In this document: piece by piece, positions 1 through 10,550 of the stretch | Layout of the letters: the number at the start of each line of letters is the position of its first letter | Numbering within the stretch: position 1 is the stretch's first letter | Assembly (NCBI GenBank): GCA_047495785.1 | Contig: JBLDXI010000015.1 | Span: 1,116,001 to 1,180,000, forward strand | Direction: 5' to 3' | DNA: 64,000 nucleotides | From: Lepidodermella squamata | Lineage: Eukaryota > Animalia > Gastrotricha | Position numbers and translations under genes: made by a program | The notes under the pieces: model-generated | What the model saw: the letters and a program-made list of their open reading frames with translations, nothing else | Told to the model about the DNA's origin: nothing | Databases searched by the model: none

Positions 1-214
1 ATTTGTCGTTCCTCAGCGTCGTGAAGTCAATCACAAATGGTCTATTGAAACCATGAGCATCTCATGCATTTCTCATCATTCCTCGTGTGCACAAAAATGA
101 AATCTTGCCTTCATTTATCATCGGATAATAAAATCATTCGCCAAGTTGTTATTATAAACTTTATTGATATACATATAAAGAGCCAGAGCGCGTGAAAATG
201 ACGGAAATATTGCA

Positions 215-352
215 AGGTCTAGAATCTGGATCCAATTTCTAGACCTAAAATCTAGACTTGAAATCTGGGTCTGATAATTGGGTCTAATTTCCGGGTCCAG
301 AAACCAAGTCTGAAATCTAGGTCTAATAATTAGGCCTAATTCTGAGACTTGA
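215..352. repeat. Degenerate ~12-bp minisatellite
   Basis: Repeated units such as aaatctagacct / aaatctgggtct / aattgggtct. Confidence 0.55.
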
Positions 353-375
353 GGTCACTTTTTTGGCACTTAAAG

Positions 376-593
376 TGTTATTCTTGGATAACTGGCGATC
401 CCTTCAACAGCGCACTCTTCACCTTGAATGGCCTGCAAACCAGCGAAAATCACTGTTAGGAAAGAATACAAGGTTTCTTATGACGATTTGATCAATTAAT
501 TTTCCAGGCGTGGTCCTATCCTCGGGTTCGCTTCAAAGAGCTTCTTGCGCAGATACCACTACGGCCGGCCTGTGCGAGCGCACTCAAGGATGA
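376..593 (+). pseudogene. C-type lectin domain 3' fragment (two exons)
   Basis: Splicing a 53-nt GT-AG intron (455-507) gives YSWITGDPFNSALFTLNGLQTSENHC-VVLSSGSLQRASCADTTTAGLCERTQG*, the CTLD W..G / C..C...CE pattern. The 5' side runs into a minisatellite. Confidence 0.55.
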
Positions 594-1034
594 TCAGATT
601 ATTGAATGTTGAAGTTATGACTAATTGAATCCATTTATCGATATCGAGCTAGATGTATAAATGGTTTCGGTGTATTATGTTTAATGTTTAAATAAATAAA
701 TAAAAATGGTAAACAAAGTAAGTAAATGCAGGTGTGCAACGATATTATTGAAAGTCCGGCAATTCGACAATCCACTGTTAGGTTGTTGATTATCAGTCGC
801 ATGTAGATGGTGGCAACAGTTTTCCCGGATGGCAATGCTACAACGCATAGATAATTTTTACAGACTTTCGCTAGAAGCAATCGTTCGCCGAGAACCCAAA
901 TACACCCGACCATTCTAATAGCATTCCTAAAAACTGACAATTATCGACACTTCCGGTTCGGCTCTATCCCGATAAATAAAAAATGGCAAAGTTAAAACTA
1001 ATCTACGTTCTAAATAAAGTAAGCGGCATAATTT

Positions 1035-1375
1035 TATAGTGGTTTTTGAAGTCTTGCGCGCCATTTAAACTGAACATGGTGTTGTCGAAGGGGTTGCCTG
1101 TTATCCAAGAGTAAAAGACCAATTGTCTCCGTTTCCCACCGATGAAGTATTGGTCTTCCGTAGAAAAAAGCGCCGCAGCAGCCTCAAATGTCGCTTGATC
1201 CTTTATTTACAGCCAGCGGTTTTCCGAGGCCAGCGCAAGTACTGCCAGCGTTCTGTAAGAGCTGAATGGTTTCCGAACTCTTGGATAATAAGTAGCAATT
1301 CGTTTGCTGATCGTAAAAAGAACAGTATACTTACGTTGCCCAGACACTACCTGTAGCTACTCCACATAACATGTC
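1035..1375 (-). pseudogene. C-type lectin domain pseudogene fragment
   Basis: Minus strand reads QNAGSTCAGLGKPLAV/IKDQATFEAAAALFSTEDQYFIGGKRRQLVFYSWITGNPFDNTMFSLNGAQDFKNH with a 1-nt frameshift. Intron 1280-1334. The donor after NH reads AT, not GT. Homologous to 376-454. Confidence 0.55.
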
Positions 1376-1400
1376 GAAAAAGCCTTCACTTGACATCATA

Positions 1401-2056
1401 CAAAGTAAAAAAAACTCGGTTTTCACCCAGTTGGAAAAACTGAATTTACCGTGCAGCGTTTACGGAACCCGGTAAATACCAGATGACAACCGAGTTTTTG
1501 CTACTTTTCGCAGTAACCGACCTAGTGCAACCCAGTAAGAACCATGCATCTACGAAATATCGGTTATGAACCTGGTTTGTACCGACTTTGTACCGAAAAT
1601 ATTTCTATGTCCCTATTCCTATTGGATCGCATGATGAATTTCACTCCCCCTCGAAAATTAGGTAGGGTATGCAGTGGGCAACTTCATACAGCTGGCATAC
1701 AGTTCGCAAACGCTATTTTGAAAAATTGGGAAAATTCATGAACAACTTAAGAGTCGTTATTAAGGTCATGTGTAGAAGTAGGAGCCGTTGCGCTGTATGA
1801 TGCCAAGGTCCCAAGTTCGAGCCTCGCTGGTGACGTAAGTTAACTTATCATTAAATTTGTTTAATATTCTTTCAAATATTCGAAGCTCGGTTAGTTCCAA
1901 CCCGGTTTTAACCGTGTTCGATGGAACGCGGTAAAACTCCAAAACCCGGTAATGACCGAATGTGCACAAGGTTTTTTCCCTTTTCGATTAACATGTAAAC
2001 TGGTTATTACTGGATAGCTTATTTGGCACGGTAAACACCGAGTTTTTTTTACTGTG
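1401..2056. mobile_element. Tc1/mariner-type MITE
   Basis: TIRs caaagtaaaaaaaactcggt / accgagttttttttactgtg, flanked by TA at 1399-1400 and 2057-2058. Confidence 0.7.
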
Positions 2057-3023
2057 TACTGCCTGTGTAATACCTGCAAAAACGTTTTTTATGCAGATTT
2101 ATGGCACCCTCGAGCGATTTTAAATTCTTGCCTTTTCGACTTTCACCAACGGTGAGAAATTGGCTCATGAGATTTTGTGAGCATACTAGACCGGGTTCTG
2201 ACTGTTTATGGTCAAAATATGAGCCCCGAGAACCTCATTGTTATGGAATGACAAGCGTTTGAAAAAATATAAATTTTTTATGCAGATTTAGGTAACCTTA
2301 CCCTATGTGATGACACGTGATCCAAGTGCTAAATGTCGTAAGGCATCTTGCGCAATGAGTGAATATTGGCATGCAATTTCAGCTTCAATTCCGTGTGATG
2401 CTTATGAGAACTTTCCAACCTTCCAACTTGGACCAACACTGAGAGGCAAGCATTGTTCGGGCCACACTCGTTGAGATTGTGGAGCCCCTTGGCTACATTT
2501 CGGCTTGGAATGGATCAACCACTGATCTGTATGCCACCCCAGCTTTCTATAGGGGCCAGGGTCAGGTGCAAATTCAAAATTTGAAGTGTACCTTATCCAC
2601 CAGGTCTGTAACTATAAACCGTTGTAAAAATGTCGTTTGAAATGGCTATTTTGCTCTTCATTTTCAAAATATCTGATATCTGATCACTTCGTGTTTTTTT
2701 ACCATTTCATTTTTTCGCGGCTAGCATCCGCTGCCGATGTCCGAAGATTTTTTTGTTTAATCGAAGCCGAATTCATGATGTTCCGGTAATATTGTTCGAA
2801 ATAATCACAAAAATGATTTGAAGTACTGAATTAAGCCCTTAAGTTTTCTCGTGCTCAAGGAGGGCTCAATGGAAATTTAATAATAATAATAAATCAATAA
2901 ATCATAATTTATTATGAATGAAATGAATTTCGAGATCGGTCAGGAAAAAGCACGTGCCGTAAAGTTGTTTTTCATTCTTGCTCATATTTAAAAGAAGATT
3001 CCCGTACTACTGTGCAGCTTAAA

Positions 3024-4001
3024 ATGTGGTCTCCGGATAAGATCGCATTAATATCTAGCGGTGTCATTTGCCTTTGCTTGGTTTTACTTCAAACCAGATT
3101 TTATCATCACATTCCTGGAATATTCCACGACACGAGGAGCGTTCTCGCAGCGCAAAACAAGAATGTGATCGTGTATTTAGCGGCTGCAAAGGACATGAAT
3201 GAAACTAAAGATTCGCTACGACTACTTTTCAAAAATTTCAACGCGAAATACCGATATCCCATTGTTATCTTCTACGACGAGCCTGCGAAGCCTAGCGACT
3301 TTTTAGATGCAACTACTGGTGTATTGTCGAAAGAAGACATCGATTTAATCCAATTTATAGAAATCAAATTAGAAGCGCCATGGAACTTTGACCAAACTGT
3401 TATGAAGACTGGCTTTCCGATAGCTTATCGTAACATGATCGATTTCTGGTTTCGGCGAATTTTCACCGAGCCAGCTATGCAAGGAGTTGAATATTACTGG
3501 CGGCTGGACACGGATTCATATATCATATCTTCAATTGATTACGACGTTTTTGAATTCATGAAGTTGAAGGCGTTTCGTTATGGTTATAGGGCTGATTACG
3601 TTGACGAGAGGCTTTACACCATGGGCATGCTAGAATTCATCGAGGATTATGTCGAAAAACGACGGCCGACAATTTATGCGGAGCAACTACCGAAATTTCC
3701 GAAAAATGGCCGGCGTAAGCGATTTGGCATGCCGTGTTTCTACAACAATTTCGAAATCGTCCATCTGCCGACGTTCCGCGACCACCCAGGCATCAAAGAT
3801 TTCACAGCCGCTGTAACGGCGTCGATGGAGATATACAGATGGCGGTGGGGTGATGCACCGCTGCGTTACCTTACAGCGGCAATGTATTTGAATACGACGA
3901 CTCAAGTTCATAAATTTTGTGATTTCGAGTACCATCATCAGGGTCAGTACAACAAAACATGTGATAGCCCTGCGATGAACGCTACCTACTTGAAATATTG
4001 A
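3024..4001 (+). CDS. Glycosyltransferase family 15 (KRE2/MNT1-like alpha-1,2-mannosyltransferase), type II membrane protein, intronless
   Basis: N-terminal TM anchor. Motifs YRNMIDFW, EYYWRLDTDS, IDYDVFEFM..YGY, FYNNFEI, RWGDAP. First ATG at 3024; AATAAA after the stop. Confidence 0.85.
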   Translation: MWSPDKIALISSGVICLCLVLLQTRFYHHIPGIFHDTRSVLAAQNKNVIVYLAAAKDMNETKDSLRLLFKNFNAKYRYPIVIFYDEPAKPSDFLDATTGVLSKEDIDLIQFIEIKLEAPWNFDQTVMKTGFPIAYRNMIDFWFRRIFTEPAMQGVEYYWRLDTDSYIISSIDYDVFEFMKLKAFRYGYRADYVDERLYTMGMLEFIEDYVEKRRPTIYAEQLPKFPKNGRRKRFGMPCFYNNFEIVHLPTFRDHPGIKDFTAAVTASMEIYRWRWGDAPLRYLTAAMYLNTTTQVHKFCDFEYHHQGQYNKTCDSPAMNATYLKY

Positions 4002-4618
4002 AATTAGCTGAATAAAACTGTCTATTAACGTCTGCAATCGTTTGTTTTAGCATTTCACCACCAGTTTACAATGATGGCTGTTTGGCTATATACAAGTCTA
4101 CGATGCCAAGAGTGATGACAATAATCCTGGCTACGCATCCTTTCTCCGCCAGCCTATCCAGCTATTCCTTCAACAGATATTGAGCCAGAATTTAAAAGAT
4201 GATAACCCATGTCTCTTTCGACTTGAGTTGACGAAACTCGCAAAAGCTCTGCAACTTTCCGCTTGATTTTATTCCGATTTCGATAGTAGACTTATAATCG
4301 ATCCTTCGCATTATCTTGAGTTTTCCAGATGTTCATTTCACTAAAGAATTTTAGCCTGGAGCCTGGAATTGAGAGCATTTTCCTATTTTCACGATTATTG
4401 GATTCGCTAAATCGGCCAGATTTATTACGGAAATTTAGGTTAATACTTTTCGACTACGATTAATTTACCCATTTTATCGTTTCCAAAAAATTGTTGCTCA
4501 TCGATAAGAGGCACGCGTTTTGAGTGAATGAAAAATCGATTTCCGTGAACTCGCCGCAGTGAAATCATTCATAAATTTACGTTTAAATCGTCTTAAAATA
4601 TTACGTTCAATAAAGTGA

Positions 4619-6310
4619 ATGCTGCTTAACAGCAAAGCTGATCCTTCGAAACGTTTGTGGTTTCTAATATTAGTCGCTAGTATTGTAAGCTTGGGCGTCT
4701 TGTTAACGCTTTTGAATCCTCCTCGCCATTGGGATGCAGTTTGGGTCGATTATTTTGCGTCTGCAGCTCCTCACGCTAACAATTCGATATTGATGATCGA
4801 TGTGATTCTGAAGAATGCGTCAGAAGGTTTCATCCGTTCATCGACGGTTCTTGATTACAGACGCGAATTAGAAAAGCGGAACGAACAAGCAGAGAGGTTG
4901 AAAGCTGCCATAGAAAAATTTTACATCTCACCAATGCAAGATGTTCTGAACAATAGCGAAAGCAGGGCGATAAAGGTTACTTCTTCAGATCATTACAACT
5001 GTGCGCCTTGTGAATATAGAATTGTCTGTTAACGTCTAGGTATTTGCCTATCATTGTGTTGCCCATCAAGACCAAACTTTTGGTGGATTCGGCGATCGAG
5101 TTCGCGGGCTGGCTAGTGCGTTCTACGTCGCAATCGCCCTCAACCGGCCTTTCTACATAAATTGGACACGAAATCATATCCTCAACGACTTCTTCCCGTT
5201 CGATGCGATAGATCGCAGCCGAGTCGAAGCGATTATAGCCAAGCTGCCCACCCACGTTGATGCGTCCCGCAAGTTGAATATTGCAATTGAACCTCCCTAC
5301 TATGAGATGGCTAAATCGCAGCGATTCAAACAAGATTTGGACAGTGCCAGCTATGTTTCGTTCCATGTCACCTCATACACACACCAACCGCAGGCTTGAT
5401 GAGCAATCCTGAATTCACTGGGATTTTCAAATCACTGCTGGAGCCTGTTGGAGAGAAATATATCGATGGGTCTGTTATGATTTCGGCTGCTTTGAGAATT
5501 ATTCTGCCCCGGCCGTCGGAGAAATTAAAGGACCTATTCGACCGATGCCTAGTGAACCGTAGCGGTGGTCTATCCGAGTGGAACCGTGCATTCAAAATTG
5601 GGGTTCAAATCCGCCTGGGAGATGGTAATCAGTTCTTCATAAGACCGCAAGAAGTTCGATGTTTTGCCGAGCAGGTAGCAAAGCAGATCGCTTATCAGAT
5701 GACCGTTGAGTCAACTGGGAAGAAGCCGAAATTTCTGATTTTTCTAACGATCGATAAGCTGTTCTATGAAACGCATAAATCATTTACAGAGTCGCTTTAC
5801 CGATCGGTCAATAATACGACCTTGGATTTTGACCTGGATGTCATAACAAGTTCTGATGTCTGTCCGAAGCTTAAGCCGCGCCATTCCGACCACAGCAAGC
5901 CGCCGAGCGATACAGAAGCAGCGTGGACTTTCAACGCGAAAACTTTTCTAGATTTCTACGCGCTGACCCGCATGGATGAACTAGTCATTTCTCGCAGTGG
6001 CTACGGCGAGACAGCTTCTATTTACAGTTTGAAGCAAACATATCGGCATCTATGTTCTGGCTGCGGCTTTGTACCGATGATAATAGATACTAAGCAGCCG
6101 CCTATTGCTCTCGAGCATGGTTATGGCAACGAAATCAATTTTAAGAGCCAGACTGATAGATCGCTGGAGAATATAACGTGTCAATTCAAGCGCTTCAATC
6201 GTATCGGTGCTAATTTTTGGTTCGAGTTAAGCACGCGGCCGAAATTTACCAATCATCGACGTCACAAAAAGCGAATGCATCGCCCAAAGGTGGAGAAATT
6301 TCACGTTTAG
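4619..6310 (+). CDS. GT-B fucosyltransferase-like protein (GT11/23/37 clan) with an internal frame break
   Basis: TM anchor; intron 4976-5039; GGFGDRVRGLASAFYVAIALNRPFYINW, IGVQIRLGD and DFYALTRMDELVISRSGYG motifs. The frame changes near 5344-5395. Confidence 0.7.
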
Positions 6311-6989
6311 GCGTTGCTGAAAAGCTGGGATTCAACCTGTGATAACCTTACATTCCTCATGAGTAGTAAAGAAAAGACGTCAACGGGGTTTAATCGGACT
6401 TTTATATCTATGCTAACGATGTGTCGAATAAGAACAACTATTGTTTCCAAATTTATAATATAGTATTGTGACTGAATTATCGAAACGATAATCTTTTTAT
6501 TGCCCTTCCCTTCCTAGAAATTTTATCTTGCAATAGTAAGTATCCACTTTGGCGAAAAAGAGGCTGCGCTATGATGAGAATCATTTTTCGGTGCCACTGA
6601 GCGCGGTGCAATGCGAATTACTGAAGCATGCAACGGGCTGATTTCCTGATGTCCGATTTCACGTGGTGATACGGGAATTTTGAGAACACTAACCTTAATT
6701 CACCATCAAAGTACGAAGTACGCCAAAAGAACCTCGTTATTAAAAGAGACAAAAATAACCTTTCGCAATTTATTAAACCAAATTTTTTTTCAGAGTTTGA
6801 CCCTGTATTACGAAGATGCAAGGTGAATAAACTATATACGGAATAATGAAAAGCGATCTTCCCCTGCAGCTGAAGCAAGAAAGGTGTCGAAATATGTCGA
6901 ATCATGTCAGTTGCAAACTTGGTGTAGCATCGGAGAAAGTCGAAATTGAAGAAATGAAAAACAGAATGGAGCTAAATAGCGAACGCTGC

Positions 6990-7559
6990 TTATGCAGAGG
7001 CGGCGGTGGTGGGCTTCTTGTGGTTACGAGCCTTGGCAGAGCCAGAGCCAGACTGAGCGTGCTGCTGCTGCTGCTGCTGCTGACGAGACTTGGGAGCAGC
7101 GGAACCAGATCCAGTCTGAGCCTGCTGACGAGACTTGGGAGCAGCGGAACCAGATCCAGACTGCTTCTGCTGGCGAGACTTGGCGGCGGCAGATCCAGAG
7201 CCAGACTGAGCCTGTTGACGAGACTTGGGGGCAGCGGAGCCAGATCCAGACTGAGCCTGCTGACGAGACTTGGCGGCGGCTGAGCCAGATCCAGTCTGAG
7301 CCTGCTGGCGAGAGTTGGCGGCGACGGAACCTGACTGCTGCTGACGGGCTTCAGCTTCTTCAACGGAGTCTTCTTCCTCGGACGATTCCTCGGAGTCGGA
7401 GTGCTCGTGGTGCTCGTGGGAGTGAGAACCATGAGGAGGGGGAGGAGGTCCGTGGGGTTGGCGGGCAACGGGGCTAGAGCCAGAGGCAGGGGGAGGACCC
7501 TGAGGTGCGGCCAAGACGGCGGCAACGAGAGCAGCAACCAAAGCGATGCGGACGAACAT
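6990..7559 (-). CDS. Secreted low-complexity repeat protein (189 aa)
   Basis: Signal peptide MFVRIALVAALVAAVLA, Pro-rich, His-rich and acidic segments, then ~6 repeats of SRQQAQSGSGSAAPK. Confidence 0.8.
   Translation of the reverse strand: MFVRIALVAALVAAVLAAPQGPPPASGSSPVARQPHGPPPPPHGSHSHEHHEHSDSEESSEEEDSVEEAEARQQQSGSVAANSRQQAQTGSGSAAAKSRQQAQSGSGSAAPKSRQQAQSGSGSAAAKSRQQKQSGSGSAAPKSRQQAQTGSGSAAPKSRQQQQQQQHAQSGSGSAKARNHKKPTTAASA
7030..7345. repeat. ~45-bp coding tandem repeat
   Basis: Units like ctgacgagacttgggagcagcggaaccagatccagtctgagcctg. Confidence 0.85.
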
Positions 7560-8201
7560 GTTCAGCTAGAAGGTTTTACTAAACTATGTAAATTAATTAA
7601 TTCGGAAGCTGTTGGATAGTTGTGATGTTATCTCTTGATTCTACCAGCTTTAATAGCCAAATCGTGACGTGGGATGTGCATTTCAGCTGTCTTTCCCCGC
7701 ACTCGCGTGGTCATCCTGCGAGGAAAGAGAACCGGGTCTGGTTTGGTGCAGTTACATTAGCCAATTTTGCCATTTTTTTACAACGACAGCTGATATGTAT
7801 ATCGCAGCTGTTTAATGCCGATTAAATATACAGACCTTCACTTCCACGCTTGCGAAGTGAAATGATCATATCCAAAGTCCACTTTTCTCATATTCCCTAT
7901 AGGACTTGGAATTGGGTGGGCTTGGGCCGGTTTCCACATTGAGTAATAATCTATACCTATTCTTGAATAAGAATCCGCGCTTTGATTTTCACCGAGATGA
8001 CTGAAAATGCCCATACAAATGTAAGCTCTGTCGAGAAATGTCAGCTTATTTGTTTTGCTCTTCATTATTACAGTCATTGAAAGCAGTGATGGATTTCAAC
8101 TGGCTTGAATAATCAGATACTTCAGTTAAATTCTGGACAGGCATTTCTTCATTTTAATAGAGCGACAATGAAATTGTGTTTGTGTTCAAAGAATGATTGT
8201 C

Positions 8202-10550
8202 TCATATATTCGAATGGGTACGTGCACCTCGATTTAGCCATGTCGACCAGTCTTTTCTAACTCGACTGCCGTAAACTATACCTAGAGTAGAGCTGGACTC
8301 GATTAGCAGCAGGAAAGCCGCGGATATTTGCTGGACAATAGGCGACTGATTAATCGAAATTGTAGCACAAGATAGTAGGAGAAGCATAAGAGAGTTGACA
8401 GATGCTACTGAGAAAAGTCTCAGCTCAGGCATAGTCGGAAACCTATGCCTGAGCTCGAATGAGAGAAAGCTAGCGCCAAAAAGGATCAGAACATTGATCA
8501 ACGCTAAGCCGAGCATCCAAAGCGAAGAATTTGCCGAGTAACAGATGTCATACAGCTCAATGTAATAAGTGTCCGTAAGTATGTCATAAATTGGCGCGGC
8601 TGTTTTTTTCGATGTATCATTTAAATATGGGTCTTCAAGAAACCAAGCAAGAAGTAGAACTCCTGTGAAGATAACTGCAATTGCCGAGATTGAGAGTTCA
8701 GTGCGCTGGGGAGTCCACCATGAAGGTTTCTGGGTGGATGCCGTTGAAACTTTAGTACTTCGAGTCCGTTTCCTGCTGCGTCTATTTGCCGAGAAGTTTG
8801 TTGAGGGAATCGTGCCAAAGGGTTGATTTGACGTGACAGCGCTAACCCTAGATCCATTTAGTAGTTTTGCTAGTAGACTCCCGTTAATCAATCCGATTCC
8901 CAGTGAAGATAGGATAGGTCCGGTTAGGCACGATTTCGTGAAACCTTGTGTAACACATACAATCGCTGCCACAGTGAGCAGCACACTTCCGAGGTATAAA
9001 GACGGCGTGTCAGTTTTCTCAATTTTGGCACAGCGCCAAATTGTTGGCCCCAAGCCAAAGAGTTGGAAAGCGATCAAGCAAAAAGAAGTGACTGAAACAG
9101 CAACGGTAGCGCCATACGGAAGCTGCTCGTACTTTGTTTCGAATTTCCAGGAATCGGGTGGAGGTTTGCCATTCGGGGTGTTCCACATGAGTTTCTTCAT
9201 TAGCCGCATCTCGTAACTTGAGACGTCATAGATAGCGCCTCCTTGTTTCAAGGTAATCTCATAGTTTCTAGTGAATTTGGTAACAGGGTTCCAGGTCGCA
9301 ATAACCTGAGCTTCTTCATCTAATTCTCCTCGTTTTGAATACTTAGTCCTGCCGATCCTCAGTCCGCTGTAATCTATCTTGTAAGTACTTTCATTAGCGA
9401 CTTTCATGATGAGCTCTGATGTATCTTCAGAATAATCACTCAAGGACATTGCGTACTGCTGATTCAGGATTGTTTCGGTACTATTTAATATCATAACAGC
9501 TTGGATTGCTGCGTCGTGGCAAATGTGTCTTCGATCATAGTCCGGTGTTCTCGATCTACCTGTGAAATCGTCGAGGATCCTGTCAAATTCTGTCAGGTCG
9601 TAGCCTAAACTTGTAGGGCCGTTATTTCTCTCGGATGCGGTCACAGTCCCTAACCAATAGATTATTTTCATTTGCTCGATGAGCATGTCACGAGTACAGC
9701 CTGGGCTTTGACTAGGGGTGATCAAAAACGGTTGGTTTGATGGGTCTATGAAAGCCAAAGTTTGACCTATGATGACGTATTTAGAACCTGTAATGCCATA
9801 CTTGAATGATTGACACATAAACCTCAACGAAGGAGCCGATTCGCCGAATTCAATGACAATAATTCGTACATCACTATCTTTCAGGGACTGCATAATAGCA
9901 TCGTCGAAATCAAAGGCGATGTTGAACCATGCAATATTGATTCCAGCTCGAGTTGCGGACTCGTAGAAGATCTGGCCAACCTGGGTGTTGTAGAGATTAC
10001 CCGCACTGATAAGCATACCGATCTTCTGCCAGGATCCAATTTCTTTCAAGAATTTGAGGCGAGGGTAGGTCACCAGTTCACCTGGGAGTCTGATTCGATA
10101 CAAGTTAGGGTACATTTCCCGATTTGCGGTGAAAGTTGGTGATAGACAGGGCATACCGAGTGCGATGAAATCAAGATGCTTGCCTAGCTGAGCGACTCGG
10201 CTACAACCGGGCGTGAAAGTTGAACCCACGATGACCGGGGAAGGTCTTACTGACGATCCATTTCTTATTGCGTCGTTCCATTTGCGGCGGAATTCTAGCA
10301 CTCTTATAGGGATCAGCATACTGCCAGCAGCTTCATTCTGAAAGTCGAGTTCAATGCTATGATTTGGCAGTATCTTTTGGCTTTGGTTGGTAATATTGGC
10401 CACGATTCGCATGACATCACGGCAAAGTAAGCTGTCTCGCTCCGTGCCCGTAAACGGTAGCAATACAAGCATTGAAAGCTTTTTGGCCTTGCTCATGGCG
10501 AGAATCGCAGGAGGCCCAATTAGAAAAAATAGGAACATCGCACATCTCAT
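8202..10550 (-). CDS. Class C GPCR, GABA-B-receptor-like orphan (copy 1)
   Basis: Signal peptide, Venus-flytrap domain (ILPNHSIEL, YPNLYRI, SDVRIIV), no Cys-rich domain, PPPD linker, 7 hydrophobic helices (GSLLAK, W..EDP). Single ORF. Confidence 0.85.
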   Translation of the reverse strand: MRCAMFLFFLIGPPAILAMSKAKKLSMLVLLPFTGTERDSLLCRDVMRIVANITNQSQKILPNHSIELDFQNEAAGSMLIPIRVLEFRRKWNDAIRNGSSVRPSPVIVGSTFTPGCSRVAQLGKHLDFIALGMPCLSPTFTANREMYPNLYRIRLPGELVTYPRLKFLKEIGSWQKIGMLISAGNLYNTQVGQIFYESATRAGINIAWFNIAFDFDDAIMQSLKDSDVRIIVIEFGESAPSLRFMCQSFKYGITGSKYVIIGQTLAFIDPSNQPFLITPSQSPGCTRDMLIEQMKIIYWLGTVTASERNNGPTSLGYDLTEFDRILDDFTGRSRTPDYDRRHICHDAAIQAVMILNSTETILNQQYAMSLSDYSEDTSELIMKVANESTYKIDYSGLRIGRTKYSKRGELDEEAQVIATWNPVTKFTRNYEITLKQGGAIYDVSSYEMRLMKKLMWNTPNGKPPPDSWKFETKYEQLPYGATVAVSVTSFCLIAFQLFGLGPTIWRCAKIEKTDTPSLYLGSVLLTVAAIVCVTQGFTKSCLTGPILSSLGIGLINGSLLAKLLNGSRVSAVTSNQPFGTIPSTNFSANRRSRKRTRSTKVSTASTQKPSWWTPQRTELSISAIAVIFTGVLLLAWFLEDPYLNDTSKKTAAPIYDILTDTYYIELYDICYSANSSLWMLGLALINVLILFGASFLSFELRHRFPTMPELRLFSVASVNSLMLLLLSCATISINQSPIVQQISAAFLLLIESSSTLGIVYGSRVRKDWSTWLNRGARTHSNI

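Noticed and set aside
1-130. Possible last exon of an upstream gene
   Set aside because: An acceptor and AATAAA are present but no recognisable frame.
7030-7345. CRISPR-like periodicity
   Set aside because: No unique spacers; it is a coding tandem repeat in eukaryotic DNA.
6846-7537. Overlapping ORFs in several frames (Leu-rich 145 aa and 211 aa, 161 aa)
   Set aside because: By-products of a stop-poor 45-bp repeat. Only 6990-7559 (-) has an ATG and a signal peptide.
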